Positions 49,508 through 59,629 of a stretch of 62,242 nt of DNA are shown here, piece by piece (positions within the stretch are counted from its first letter, which is position 1; each line of letters begins with the position of its first letter). Under the pieces are notes generated by a model that did no database searches, had not been told where the DNA came from, and worked only from the letters and a program-made list of their open reading frames with translations. Both the position numbers and the translations under genes were made by a program. Source of the DNA: an uncultured Woeseiaceae bacterium (lineage in GTDB: Bacteria > Pseudomonadota > Gammaproteobacteria > Steroidobacterales > Woeseiaceae); contig CAZLNH010000017.1 in assembly GCA_964560775.1 (NCBI GenBank), forward strand, positions 1 to 62,242, given 5' to 3'.

Positions 49508-50518
49508 ATGCGTGCCACGATTTCTTTCCTGCTTGTCCTGGCCATTGCCGGTTGTGCTGCCGGACCTGAGCATCTCGTGCTGCGCGCTGCGGGCGACCCT
49601 GTCGAGCTTGTTGACGTGCCTTTCTTCGCGCAGGATGAGTTTCAGTGCGGCCCTGCGGCGCTGGCAACGGTACTCGTCGATGAAGGCATCGACGTAACGC
49701 CGGAAGCGCTCAAATCCCAAATCTACATCCCCGGCCGTCGCGGCAGTCTGCAAGCTGAACTTCTGGCAGCCACACGCCGCCACGGTCGTGTTCCGTATGT
49801 GCTGCCTGCATCGCTTGCGCCAATGCTCGATGAAGTACGGGCGGGGCGGCCGGTCTTATTGCTGCAGAACCTCGGTCTCGAACGCTGGCCCGTCTGGCAC
49901 TACGCGGTGCTGGTCGGGTTCGATCCGGAGCGCGACAGGTTTCTGTTGCGCTCCGGCACCACGCAGAGACTGCAAACCCGGGCACCTGCATACCTGGCCC
50001 GTTGGGACAGGGCCGGTCGCTGGTCCATGGTTGTTGTGTCACCCTCTGATCCACCGGCGAGCGCCGATGTCCGCGGATGGCTGCGCGCCGTCGCGCCCTT
50101 CGAGTCCACCGGCAATCTCGACGTAGCCGCCGAGGGTTACGAAGCGGCCGTCAACCGCTGGCCGGATGAGGCCATCGCGTGGACCGCACTCGGCAATGTC
50201 CGTTATCTGCAGCAGGACTTCCACGCTGCTGAAGAATCGTACACTCGTGCGCTGGGCATTTCGGAAGATCTCTGGACGGCGCGCAATAACCTGGTCAACA
50301 CATTGGTCGACAGGGGATGCGCCGGCCTCGCTGATCCCTGGATTCGCAGCGCGGGAGAGCCGCCGCCGGAGTTCGCGTCGACGTGGCAACAAACGTTAAC
50401 CGCCGTTGCCGCGGCGGAAGATCTGTCCTGCGACCGTTCTCAATCGCTGCAGCAACATGACCAACAACGGCAATTGACAGCAAGCGATGAATTGCAGTCG
50501 CGGCCCGTTCCGCGTTAG
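49508..50518 (+). CDS. PA2778-family C39-like cysteine peptidase with TPR
   Basis: VPFFAQDEFQCGPAALA, LLQNLG...WHYAV. Confidence 0.88.
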   Translation: MRATISFLLVLAIAGCAAGPEHLVLRAAGDPVELVDVPFFAQDEFQCGPAALATVLVDEGIDVTPEALKSQIYIPGRRGSLQAELLAATRRHGRVPYVLPASLAPMLDEVRAGRPVLLLQNLGLERWPVWHYAVLVGFDPERDRFLLRSGTTQRLQTRAPAYLARWDRAGRWSMVVVSPSDPPASADVRGWLRAVAPFESTGNLDVAAEGYEAAVNRWPDEAIAWTALGNVRYLQQDFHAAEESYTRALGISEDLWTARNNLVNTLVDRGCAGLADPWIRSAGEPPPEFASTWQQTLTAVAAAEDLSCDRSQSLQQHDQQRQLTASDELQSRPVPR

Positions 50519-50599
50519 CAACCGGAACCCTTGCGCACCGCGAAATCGGTGAGATGACCGGGTTAGGTGCGGTACCCGGCACACAGCTGCGGTACGATT

Positions 50600-50624
50600 C
50601 GGTATCAGTTGTTTACGGATACCG
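50600..50624. promoter_or_regulatory. Possible ModE-type operator
   Basis: CGGTAT-N13-ATACCG inverted repeat upstream of modA; inner TATA arms are degenerate. Confidence 0.35.
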
Positions 50625-50646
50625 GCGAGTGGCGAAAAGGCATGGC

Positions 50647-51414
50647 ATGCCCGGTGGGGGGTGCAGGAGACTGGCCCTGTTTTTCGCCTTTTTGTGCGCG
50701 TGCTCGGCAGACCCGGACAGCGATACCGCGCTGATTGCGGTCGCGACCAATTTTGCGTTCGTCGCCGGCCAGCTTGAAGCAGACTTCGAGGGGCGAAGCG
50801 GCCGGCGGATCGACATCACCACGGGAGCGACCGGAAAACTGTACGCACAGATTACCAACGGCGCGCCGTTCGATGCGTTGCTGGCCGCGGATATTGAACG
50901 CCCGAAAATGCTCGCTGAGTCCGGAGCCGGACTCGCCGGTACCGTGTTCGTCTATGCGCAAGGGCGGCTCGCACTGTGGAGCGCGGCAGCGGGCAGGATT
51001 CCGGCGAACGGCGAGGCGTATCTTCGCGCGCTGGACTACCGGCGCCTTGCACTGGCCAATCCGGATCTTGCGCCTTACGGTCTCGCCGCCCGGCAGGTAT
51101 TGCAGTCGTTGTCTGTGTGGCATGCGGTGCAGCCACGGATCGTGACGGGCGAGAACGTCGGCCAGGCGCACGCGATGGTCGCAACCGGCAATGCCGATGC
51201 CGGGCTGGTTGCGCTGGCCGATGTGCTGCACCTGCCGGTGGAGCGACGCGGCAGTCATTGGCTGGTACCCGAACATCTGCACGAGCCGATTGAGCAGGCA
51301 GCGGTCCTGTTGCGCCACGGTGAAGACAACGCGGCGGCCCGGGACTTCCTCGACTACCTGCAGACGCCTGCGGCGCGGACGATGATCGAATCCTTCGGTT
51401 ACGAGGTACCGTAA
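50647..51414 (+). CDS. modA: Molybdate ABC transporter substrate-binding protein
   Basis: AVATNF, GATGKLYAQI-NGAPFD, ANPDLAPYG, GENVGQ; start uncertain. Confidence 0.92.
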   Translation: MPGGGCRRLALFFAFLCACSADPDSDTALIAVATNFAFVAGQLEADFEGRSGRRIDITTGATGKLYAQITNGAPFDALLAADIERPKMLAESGAGLAGTVFVYAQGRLALWSAAAGRIPANGEAYLRALDYRRLALANPDLAPYGLAARQVLQSLSVWHAVQPRIVTGENVGQAHAMVATGNADAGLVALADVLHLPVERRGSHWLVPEHLHEPIEQAAVLLRHGEDNAAARDFLDYLQTPAARTMIESFGYEVP

Positions 51415-51417
51415 GCG

Positions 51418-52089
51418 ATGCCGGACCTCGGACCTGTATGGCTTACCCTCGCACTCGCAGCAGTGACAACGGTGGTCCTGCTCGTTATCGGCACGCCGCT
51501 CGCGTGGTGGCTGTCGGTAACCAATGCTCGCTTAAAACCGGCAGTCGAGGCGATAACCGCACTCCCGCTGATCCTGCCACCGACTGTGTTGGGTTTCTAT
51601 TTCCTGATTGCGCTGGGGCCAGCGTCGCCCGTCGGCGAATTCTGGGTGCGCATAACCGGTGAGTCGCTGACCTTTTCGTTCAGCGGATTGGTGATTGCAT
51701 CGGTAGTCTATTCGCTACCGTTCATGGTGCAGCCGCTGCAAAGCGCTTTCGAGCAGGTCGGGCGCGCGCCGCTCGAAGCGGCTGCCACGCTCCGCGCGAG
51801 CCCGGTTGACGCGTTTTTCACCGTTGCCGCACCCATGGCAAAGCGTGGATTCCTGACGGCGTCGGTACTCGCATTTGCGCATACGATCGGGGAGTTCGGT
51901 GTCGTGCTGATGGTGGGTGGCAATATTCCCGGCCGGACCAAGGTGATCTCAATCGCCATTTACGAGCACGTCGAGACACTGAACTACGCGGAGGCGCATG
52001 TGCTGTCCGCTGGCCTGCTGGTGTTCTCGTTTGTCATCCTCTTTTTTGTTTACGCTGTACTGCGAAGGAACGATGCGCGTGCCCGATAA
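51418..52089 (+). CDS. modB: Molybdate ABC transporter permease
   Basis: LPLILPPTVLGFY, EAA motif, FAHTIGEFG. Confidence 0.94.
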   Translation: MPDLGPVWLTLALAAVTTVVLLVIGTPLAWWLSVTNARLKPAVEAITALPLILPPTVLGFYFLIALGPASPVGEFWVRITGESLTFSFSGLVIASVVYSLPFMVQPLQSAFEQVGRAPLEAAATLRASPVDAFFTVAAPMAKRGFLTASVLAFAHTIGEFGVVLMVGGNIPGRTKVISIAIYEHVETLNYAEAHVLSAGLLVFSFVILFFVYAVLRRNDARAR

Positions 52090-53185
52090 CGCTGCCAACG
52101 TACTCGCGATCGACGTACGGCTTGCATATCCGGATTTCAGCCTGGACGTCCGGCTCGATGTTGATTTGCAGGGGGTAACCGGGTTATTCGGTCCGAGCGG
52201 CAGCGGCAAAAGCACGCTGCTCCGGATTATTGCCGGACTGGAGCGGCGGGCCGCGGGTACCGTGACGTTTGGCGGCGACATCTGGCAGGACAGCACTCGC
52301 CGCGAATTCACGCGCGCGGACAGGCGGCTCGTTGGCTACGTGTTCCAGGATGCGCGGCTCTTTGAGCATCTCGATGTCGCTGGCAACCTGAAGTACGCCG
52401 CCCACCGGGCGCCGCGGACATCTGCGTCAATCGCCACCGATGAGGTCGTTGCCGCGTGCGATCTAAAGGTGCTGCTCCCGCGGCGGGTCGGCCTACTTTC
52501 CGGCGGCGAACGCCAGCGCGTTGCGCTGGCGCGGACGTTAATGACGCAACCCCGTTTGCTGCTGCTGGACGAGCCATTGGCCTCGCTTGATGCCGAGCGC
52601 AAGAGTGAGATCCTGCCGTACCTCGAAGCATTGCCGAAACGATTCGGTATACCTGCCATCTATGTCAGTCACGCTGTCGACGAAATGGCCCGGCTCGCGG
52701 ATCGCGTTGCGGTGTTGCAGAACGGATCCATTGTTGCCGCAGGCGATGCAGTCGAGATATTGAATCGCCCGAATCTGCTGCCGGCCGGTGCGATGTTCGA
52801 CGCGGCCACGATTCTGGAAACGCGAGTCTCGGAACACCTGCCCCGCCTGCACCTGACACGGCTGCAATTCCAGCAGCACGAAATTGTCGTTCCAATGTTG
52901 GCAGGGCGAGCGCAAGGAGACATCGTTCGGCTACATGTGCGTGCCGGTGATGTGGCACTTGCAACGACTGCGCCGCAGGGTTTGAGTTTCCGCAACGTAC
53001 TGACGGGCACCATTGCAGCGATCGACGAGGATGACGCCAGTGCCTTTGCCAGCGCCACCGTTGATATAGGCGGCACGCTGTTACGCGTGCACCTGACGCG
53101 ACATGCCGTCGATGAGCTTGCGCTGGCGCCGGGACGGCCGGTCTTTGCACTACTTAAGACCGCGTCGTTTGACAGGCGGGGCTAG
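52073..53185 (+). CDS. modC: Molybdate ABC transporter ATPase
   Basis: GPSGSGKS, LSGGERQR, LLLDEP, C-terminal TOBE domain. Confidence 0.94.
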   Translation: MRVPDNAANVLAIDVRLAYPDFSLDVRLDVDLQGVTGLFGPSGSGKSTLLRIIAGLERRAAGTVTFGGDIWQDSTRREFTRADRRLVGYVFQDARLFEHLDVAGNLKYAAHRAPRTSASIATDEVVAACDLKVLLPRRVGLLSGGERQRVALARTLMTQPRLLLLDEPLASLDAERKSEILPYLEALPKRFGIPAIYVSHAVDEMARLADRVAVLQNGSIVAAGDAVEILNRPNLLPAGAMFDAATILETRVSEHLPRLHLTRLQFQQHEIVVPMLAGRAQGDIVRLHVRAGDVALATTAPQGLSFRNVLTGTIAAIDEDDASAFASATVDIGGTLLRVHLTRHAVDELALAPGRPVFALLKTASFDRRG

Positions 53186-54498
53186 TCTGCCAGACCGGCT
53201 TCTGCCAGCAGCGTCAGAATGCCGATCTGCATGGCCAGGTGGCCGTCGACGTTTCGCCACCATTCATCGGGCGAATGCGCATTACCGCCGATACCGCCGC
53301 GGCTCATCGTCACGGCGGGCACGCCGATCGAGATCGGAAGGTTGGCGTCTGTTGACGATATGCGCAGTTCCGGTTCGATGCCGAAGGCTTTTGTTGCGGC
53401 CATTGCACGCTGGACGAGCGGTGAGTTCGGGTCGCCAAGCGCGGCCGGTCGCGTGCCGACGCGGTCGACGGAAACTGTTAGTGCGTCACCGATGAGCCGC
53501 GCGTCGTTCTCTTCCTGCAGTGCCTGATGCACGGCCTCCTGCAACACGGCGTCTATGTCATCCAGTTTGTCCTGGTTGCCGGAGCGCATGTCCACTTCCA
53601 TCCACGATTCGAACGGCACCGAGTTAATTGATGTACCGCCGCCGATGCGCCCGACGTTGTAGCTGGTTTTGTCGCCTTCCGACGTGATGGCCGGCGCGCG
53701 TTCGACAAACAGTGCGATGGCACGGCCCAGAGCGTGGTGCGGATTAGCGGTGCCGAATGCGCCCCATGAATGGCCGCCGGGGCCCTTGAACGTGACACGG
53801 TACCGGTGTGAGCCGACGCCGCCGTAGACGATGCGGTCTGTCCGGCCGCCATCGACGGCGATCAAAGTGTCGATCTTTTCCGCGCCGTCGCGAAACAGAT
53901 GCTTTACGCCGAGCAGGTCGCCCAGGCCTTCTTCGCCGACATTGCCGATGAACAGCACGTCCGCTTCGGTCTGGACGCCGGCATGTTCGAGAGCGCGTAA
54001 CACGCCCAGCACGACAACGAGGCCGCGTGAATTGTCACCGATACCGGGCGCGTACATCCGGTCGTCCTCAATGCGTACCGCCACGTCTGTACCTTCCGGG
54101 AACACTGTGTCGAGATGCGCGCTATAGGCAATCACGCGCTGACCCCGGGTACCGGGCCTGCGGCCGATAACATTACCGACTTCATCAATAGTGACATCGC
54201 GCAGTCCGGACTCGCGCAGCAGTTCCGCAAACCGCGCCGCGCGGCGCTCTTCGTTGAAGGGCGGGGCGGGAATCTCATTCAGTTCAATCAGGTCACGGTG
54301 CGACTGCGGCTCGATGTCGAGGACATGGTCAAGTGCGGATTGCACGTCCGGGTCGGTGCGCAGTGCCGAGATCTGCGCGACATAGCGTTCGTCAACTGCC
54401 GGGGCCAGCGCTTCCGCGCCCTGGGCTGCATTGCCGCCGGCAAGCATCGCGCTGGCCAGCAATACGTGCAATCGTGCCGTCGATATTCGTTTGATCAT
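53182..54498 (-). CDS. Secreted M20/M25/M40 metallopeptidase
   Basis: SAHLDTVF, PGIGDN, GEEGLG, GGHSWG, STDAN, HSPDE. Confidence 0.9.
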   Translation of the reverse strand: MIKRISTARLHVLLASAMLAGGNAAQGAEALAPAVDERYVAQISALRTDPDVQSALDHVLDIEPQSHRDLIELNEIPAPPFNEERRAARFAELLRESGLRDVTIDEVGNVIGRRPGTRGQRVIAYSAHLDTVFPEGTDVAVRIEDDRMYAPGIGDNSRGLVVVLGVLRALEHAGVQTEADVLFIGNVGEEGLGDLLGVKHLFRDGAEKIDTLIAVDGGRTDRIVYGGVGSHRYRVTFKGPGGHSWGAFGTANPHHALGRAIALFVERAPAITSEGDKTSYNVGRIGGGTSINSVPFESWMEVDMRSGNQDKLDDIDAVLQEAVHQALQEENDARLIGDALTVSVDRVGTRPAALGDPNSPLVQRAMAATKAFGIEPELRISSTDANLPISIGVPAVTMSRGGIGGNAHSPDEWWRNVDGHLAMQIGILTLLAEAGLAD

Positions 54499-54630
54499 CC
54501 GGTGTCCTGTCGCAGTTGCTGTTGATGTATGCGCCTGGGATGCGCTTCAAGAGCTTAACAGGCTGATGAAAAAAACTCAGCGGGGGGGGGCAACCGGGTG
54601 CGGATTTGGTCCGCACCCGGTCTCCCGTTC

Positions 54631-55197
54631 TTACATCGAAGCCCGGAGCGATTGGGCAACGGTGCTGGCGTCATAATAGTCGCCGTTCGCCGCCGGCAGC
54701 TTGCCTTTACCCATGACGATCTCGAGCGCGTGACTGTGACGCGCCTCGGTTCGGCGCTCATCGTGCCAGTCACCGACGTGCATGCCGGCATGATGCGTGG
54801 GCCGAACGGATCGAGTACAACTCAGAAGGCCACACTGCTGCTCGACGTAATACGCGCGTTCGTAGTGGAAGCTGGTCCGCGGTTCGCCGCTCCATGCCCG
54901 GTCATGGACTGAACGGGATTCATGGTCCACCACCTCGAACCAGTCGTAGCCTTCCTGCAGAGTCAGTTCGGCGGCACGCAACAGCGCGTAATCGCGAGTC
55001 GTATTCGGTCCGGTCGTGCGCGAACCATTGAACACGATTCGATAGCGGTCCTCGCCCAGCCGGGTGCTATGGTGGCCGTAGTCATCGGCACCGTCTGCCG
55101 GCACGTAGTCCGGCGTGGATGCGCAGGCACCGAGGCTGATTGCGATGATGGCGACGATGACGGCATTGATGCGAACAAGTGCAGATGAATAAAACAT
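54631..55197 (-). CDS. Lipoprotein (CC0125/CC1285-like)
   Basis: LGAC lipobox; DYALLRAAELTL..GYDWF; GGAGG RBS. Confidence 0.8.
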   Translation of the reverse strand: MFYSSALVRINAVIVAIIAISLGACASTPDYVPADGADDYGHHSTRLGEDRYRIVFNGSRTTGPNTTRDYALLRAAELTLQEGYDWFEVVDHESRSVHDRAWSGEPRTSFHYERAYYVEQQCGLLSCTRSVRPTHHAGMHVGDWHDERRTEARHSHALEIVMGKGKLPAANGDYYDASTVAQSLRASM

Positions 55198-55298
55198 TTT
55201 ATTGCCTCCTTTTGCATGAGCGGGTGGCGGTTTGGCCGTCACGCCGGTTCATGCCTGTTTCCCGTGTTGTTGCCATGAACACGGGGGAGGGCAGGTAT

Positions 55299-56117
55299 TT
55301 ATTCCATCGCATCCCGGTTTTTTTGCCAGCCGCTTTCAATCAGCGCCGATTCGGCCGGCGCATCGAGCGGCGCCCCGGCACCGATCAGCGAGTCGATAGC
55401 TCCGGAAACAGCGGGTGGTGTAGCTGACGACGCCAGTTGGTACGGACCGGCCGAATCCTGCATTGCCTGCCGGTCGATGCTCAGGACTTCCGTTTGCCAC
55501 CGCCCGTCACGCCGGCAGGCGACCGCGTGCACCGTACCGGCCGTGCTGCCGCCGATGGCCACCTGGCGGCACCAGGCGCCGTCGGCATCCGCGAAGGTCA
55601 GGAGCGGCTGCCCGCTTCTGCCGTCCGCAAGCAGCATCGTGCGGCCGCTTTCGCCCGTCTCAAACAATGTGTGCAGCCCGGAATCCGCCGGGATAGCGCC
55701 TGCGTAGAGCGATTCCGCGGGTCCGCCGGGCAATGTGCCGTCGCGCAGCTGGCCGCTGACGAAAAAACCGGCTGCAAGGGCCACGGCCGCAGCGATGGCA
55801 ACCGGCGCCTGCAGGAATGGCTGCACGATGCGGCGCGGGAACGAGACGACGTTGTTGCTGGTGACGTCCTGTGGCGGGGCGGATGGCTGTTCCTGCTGCA
55901 GCAGATCGAGCACGGATTGCGGCATCGGAGCATCGTCGACTGCCGCGAACGCATCGCGCACCCGCCCGTCGGCCGAGCGCATGGCCTCGAGGCGACGCGC
56001 CAGAGCCGGTTCCGATGCCAGCCGTTCAGTCAGCCGGTCCGCTTCAGCCTGCGGCAATTCACCGTCAAGCCACGCGGACAGGGCCTCGTCGTCCGAATAT
56101 TCTGCCTGTGCCGTCAT
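55299..56117 (-). CDS. Anti-sigma factor
   Basis: LSAWLDGEL N-terminus, TM helix, TF....WCRQ...ACR periplasmic domain; coupled to the sigma gene. Confidence 0.85.
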   Translation of the reverse strand: MTAQAEYSDDEALSAWLDGELPQAEADRLTERLASEPALARRLEAMRSADGRVRDAFAAVDDAPMPQSVLDLLQQEQPSAPPQDVTSNNVVSFPRRIVQPFLQAPVAIAAAVALAAGFFVSGQLRDGTLPGGPAESLYAGAIPADSGLHTLFETGESGRTMLLADGRSGQPLLTFADADGAWCRQVAIGGSTAGTVHAVACRRDGRWQTEVLSIDRQAMQDSAGPYQLASSATPPAVSGAIDSLIGAGAPLDAPAESALIESGWQKNRDAME

Positions 56118-56650
56118 TGCGTGCTCCTCCCGGGTTCTACCGGGGATTCGTCTTTCAGCCGTTCCGCCAGCGCCCCGCGTGCCCGGGCCAGGCGGCTCAT
56201 GACCGTGCCGATGGGCGTGTCGAGTATCGCTGCCGCCTCGCGGTACGAATGACCCTCAACGGCCACCAGTTCGAGGACCGCCCGCTGCTCTTCGGGCATG
56301 CCCTTGAGCAACGACTGCAGTTCCCGGAGGGCCAGTTCACCGGTCGCCTGCTGCTCGCCGGTTACCGTCTCATGCGGTCCCAGCGCGGGATCGTCAACGG
56401 CCTTTTCGCGCACCTTTCGCGCACGAATCTCGTCGATCCACATATTGCGGCACACCTTCATGGCCCAGGGCAGCAGCGCGGCATCATCGGGCAGTCCTCG
56501 TTCCAGCAGCCGTTCAACGGTCGATTGCAGCAGGTCGTCGGCGTCCGGCAGGTTACCGGCCAGGCTGACGGCGAAGCGCCGCAGGTTCGGCAGCAGGTCG
56601 GCGAGTTCCTGCCGGCGATGGCCAAAATGGCGACCCCGTTGCTTGTTCAT
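56114..56650 (-). CDS. ECF RNA polymerase sigma-70 factor
   Basis: LRRFA-SL..DADDLLQ, SYREAA..L..PIGTVMSRLARAR; start uncertain. Confidence 0.92.
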   Translation of the reverse strand: MNKQRGRHFGHRRQELADLLPNLRRFAVSLAGNLPDADDLLQSTVERLLERGLPDDAALLPWAMKVCRNMWIDEIRARKVREKAVDDPALGPHETVTGEQQATGELALRELQSLLKGMPEEQRAVLELVAVEGHSYREAAAILDTPIGTVMSRLARARGALAERLKDESPVEPGRSTQ

Positions 56651-56704
56651 ACGGCTGACCCTGTGTTTTTATTCCCGCGGGAATAAACCAATGCGCGAAA
56701 CCGT
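56651..56704. promoter_or_regulatory. Back-to-back ECF promoters GGAATAAA-N14-CGT (third copy at 55281-55305, - strand)
   Basis: Palindrome TTTATTCCCGCGGGAATAAA at 56668-56687 with CGT 17 nt after GGAAT on both strands. Confidence 0.68.
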
Positions 56705-56740
56705 CGGGATTGTAGATGCAACTGCCCGGGAGATGTTGAA

Positions 56741-58246
56741 GTGCCTGCACTGTACCGCTACATACTTTACATAATCACATCAGGTGTCCGGGTCACCGGG
56801 CTCTTGCTTTTGGCTGCAGGCGTTACCCCGCTGCAGGCGCAATTGGCACCGCTGGACCGGACGCTGGACAGGGCATTGGAGGGGCCGCTCGACAGGGTTC
56901 GCGACCGGCGCTCCCCGATTGATGACCGCGTTGACGAAGAACTCGGGGATGCGGTCGACGACGCCGTCGCAGAGCCCGCCGGGACCCTCGATGACACGGC
57001 CACCGAGCCGGCCCTGGATGGCACCGTTGATGCCGGGACCGGCGCGGCCGCTGCAACCGCCGGCGACGCACTCGAGCAGGGTACGGCGGCGGCCGGTGCC
57101 GTCGCGGCGACTGTCGGCCAAACCGCTCAGGCCGCGTTGGCGGCCGTACCGGCGCTGGCGGATTTTGTATCGGATATCGACCCCACCGGCGCGACAATAG
57201 AGAAGAATGTGCTGATGGTGCTTGCGGACAGCCGGGAACTGGCGGCGGTCACTGGCTACGGTCTCGACATCATCGAGCAACGCCCGCTGGCAGGCCTCGG
57301 CCTGACCTTGCTGAAACTGGCCGCGCCGGTGAACCGGGATCTTGCCATTGTGGCGCTCGACCTGCGTCTTGCGGCGGCCGGGGCGGCCGTGGATTACAAC
57401 CACCTGTACCGTCCCGTCTCGGGTGCAGCGCCCGAAGCCGCGCAACCCGGCCCGCGCGCGGAGCGAGGTATCGGAGAGGCGGCGGCACTGCGGATTGGCA
57501 TCATCGATTCCGCCGTCGCACCGGACCATCCGTCGCTGTCCGGCACGCGTGTCACCACGCGGGATTTCGCCAGCCACAAGGGCGCGCGGCCGATGGGTCA
57601 CGGTACTGCCGTGGCGTCGGTAATAGCCGGTGCTGCCGGTGAACGCGCTGAACTGCTGGCGGCGTCGGTATTCTTCCAGCTGCCGAAGCACGCGCCCGGC
57701 GCCACGACCGGGAGTCTCGTCGCGGCGCTCGACTGGCTTGCCGCGGAGCAGGTCGACGCTATCAATATGAGCCTGGCCGGTCCCGCCAATGCATTGCTCG
57801 AACGTGCATTGCAAGGCATGGACGGCAACGCCCCGCCGGTCATTGCGGCGGTCGGTAATAACGGTCCGGCCGGCGAGCCGTTGTATCCGGCGGCGTACGA
57901 GCCGGTGATCGGTGTCACGGCGATCGATCGTGACCGCCGGATATTCCACTACGCGAACCGTGGTGATCATGTGGCGTTTGCGGCCGCGGGCGTCAATGTC
58001 CGGGTGGCGGATCTCGGCGGCGGCTGGCGCATCGAATCCGGTACGTCGATGGCGTCGCCGCTGGTGACGCTGGCCGCGGCCAGGTCGAGGCACGCCGGAG
58101 CGAGAGACCGCCGGCAAGTCATCGACGCACTGATCGCTGCGGCGGAAGATCTGGGACCACAAGGATTCGACACGGTCTTTGGATACGGCCAGATCCGCGA
58201 GCCGGACGCAAGCGCCCCTGGCACGCGCGCGGCCACGCGGAACTGA
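56741..58246 (+). CDS. S8 (subtilisin-like) serine peptidase
   Basis: IGIIDS, HGTAVA, AAVGN, SGTSMAS catalytic motifs. Confidence 0.9.
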   Translation: MPALYRYILYIITSGVRVTGLLLLAAGVTPLQAQLAPLDRTLDRALEGPLDRVRDRRSPIDDRVDEELGDAVDDAVAEPAGTLDDTATEPALDGTVDAGTGAAAATAGDALEQGTAAAGAVAATVGQTAQAALAAVPALADFVSDIDPTGATIEKNVLMVLADSRELAAVTGYGLDIIEQRPLAGLGLTLLKLAAPVNRDLAIVALDLRLAAAGAAVDYNHLYRPVSGAAPEAAQPGPRAERGIGEAAALRIGIIDSAVAPDHPSLSGTRVTTRDFASHKGARPMGHGTAVASVIAGAAGERAELLAASVFFQLPKHAPGATTGSLVAALDWLAAEQVDAINMSLAGPANALLERALQGMDGNAPPVIAAVGNNGPAGEPLYPAAYEPVIGVTAIDRDRRIFHYANRGDHVAFAAAGVNVRVADLGGGWRIESGTSMASPLVTLAAARSRHAGARDRRQVIDALIAAAEDLGPQGFDTVFGYGQIREPDASAPGTRAATRN

Positions 58247-58372
58247 TTGCAGATCGCCTGGCAACCGGACCCCGATTCCCGAGCGTTCCGCGGCGATGCA
58301 CAGTGTCCGGGGGATTGCCCAGCGCGGCACGCGGCTGGACGGCACCGGTGCCTGCAATGTTAAGGTAGCGGG

Positions 58373-59590
58373 ATGCCTGAAATTGCTGCAAATCCGTGGG
58401 GCGCGCTCATTCAGCGGGCCATTGGCCTGCGCCATGAGCTGCATCGCCAGCCGGAGCTCGGGTGGCAGGAGCAGGCCACCGCGGAGCGCATACGTGCGCG
58501 CCTCGATGAGTTAAGCATTACGTGGCGCCAATGCGCTGATACCGGCACCGTGGCGCAGCTTGGCCAGCGCGCACCGGGCCGCCATATCGCATTGCGTGCC
58601 GATATCGACGCGCTGGCCATTCACGAGGCAACTGGCGCTGACTGGGCATCAGAGGCGACTGGCCTGATGCATGCCTGCGGTCACGACGGGCATACTGCCA
58701 CGCTGATGGCGGCGGCCGAGTGGCTGAAACATTGCGAGGCTGACCTTCCGGGACCGGTAACGCTGCTGTTCCAGCCCGCCGAGGAGGGGGGCCACGGCGC
58801 GAAGCGGATGATCGAGGGCGGCGCACTCGACGGCGTTGATGCGGTGTTCGGCTGGCACAACTGGCCGGCCATTCCGTTCGGCCAGGCTGTCTGCCCGGAC
58901 GGCGTGGTCATGGCAGGTAATGGCACGTTTCGCATCGACGTAACCGGCCGGGGCGGGCACGCCAGCCAGCCGGAGGCGTGCCGGGATCCGGTGCTGGCGG
59001 CGTCCGCGATCGTCGTCGCATTGCAGCAGGTGGTCAGCCGCTGCCTGCCGGCGCAGGATGCGACCGTCCTCAGCGTGACGTCATTTGATGCGAGGAGCGG
59101 GCCAACAATCATTCCCGATGCGGCAACGCTCGAGGGCAGTTTCCGGCTGGCCGATACGAGCCGCCAGCCGGCACTGGTCGAGCACGTGCAACGCATCGCG
59201 CAGGCAACCGCCCAAAGCTACGGCGTCCACGCCGACGTCACGGTATTCCCGCGCTACCAGGCCACCGTCAATCATCCGCCCGAGGCGGTGCGCTTTCGGC
59301 AGGCGCTTGCGGCGGAGTTCGGGCCTGGTGTGGTTTCGGTTGCGACCGCATTGCCGATCATGGCGTCCGAGGATTTCAGTTACTATTTGCGGGAGCGGCC
59401 GGGGGCATTCGCGCTGATCGGTGCCGACGACGGCCCTGGCAGGGATACACCCTGCCATAGCCCACGCTACGACTTCAATGATGCGCTGATTTCACCGGTG
59501 GCGCGCATTTACGCGCGCCTTGCCGGCGCGCCGCTGCCGGGCGAACGCGAAAACGCGTCGAATGCAACAATGCAGGCGACAGGATCATGA
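58373..59590 (+). CDS. doeB: M20D amidohydrolase, probable N-acetyl-diaminobutyrate deacetylase
   Basis: LRADIDAL, MHACGHDGH, FQPAEEG, SEDF; the specific function is inferred from gene context. Confidence 0.72.
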   Translation: MPEIAANPWGALIQRAIGLRHELHRQPELGWQEQATAERIRARLDELSITWRQCADTGTVAQLGQRAPGRHIALRADIDALAIHEATGADWASEATGLMHACGHDGHTATLMAAAEWLKHCEADLPGPVTLLFQPAEEGGHGAKRMIEGGALDGVDAVFGWHNWPAIPFGQAVCPDGVVMAGNGTFRIDVTGRGGHASQPEACRDPVLAASAIVVALQQVVSRCLPAQDATVLSVTSFDARSGPTIIPDAATLEGSFRLADTSRQPALVEHVQRIAQATAQSYGVHADVTVFPRYQATVNHPPEAVRFRQALAAEFGPGVVSVATALPIMASEDFSYYLRERPGAFALIGADDGPGRDTPCHSPRYDFNDALISPVARIYARLAGAPLPGERENASNATMQATGS

Positions 59591-59629
59591 GCGGCGCCCA
59601 GTGGTGTCCCTCACAACAGGAGGACCTTG

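Noticed and set aside
56780-58444. 554-aa - strand ORF and the many other long antisense ORFs
   Set aside because: Shadow frames of well-supported genes in GC-rich DNA; Arg/Ala-rich with no motifs.
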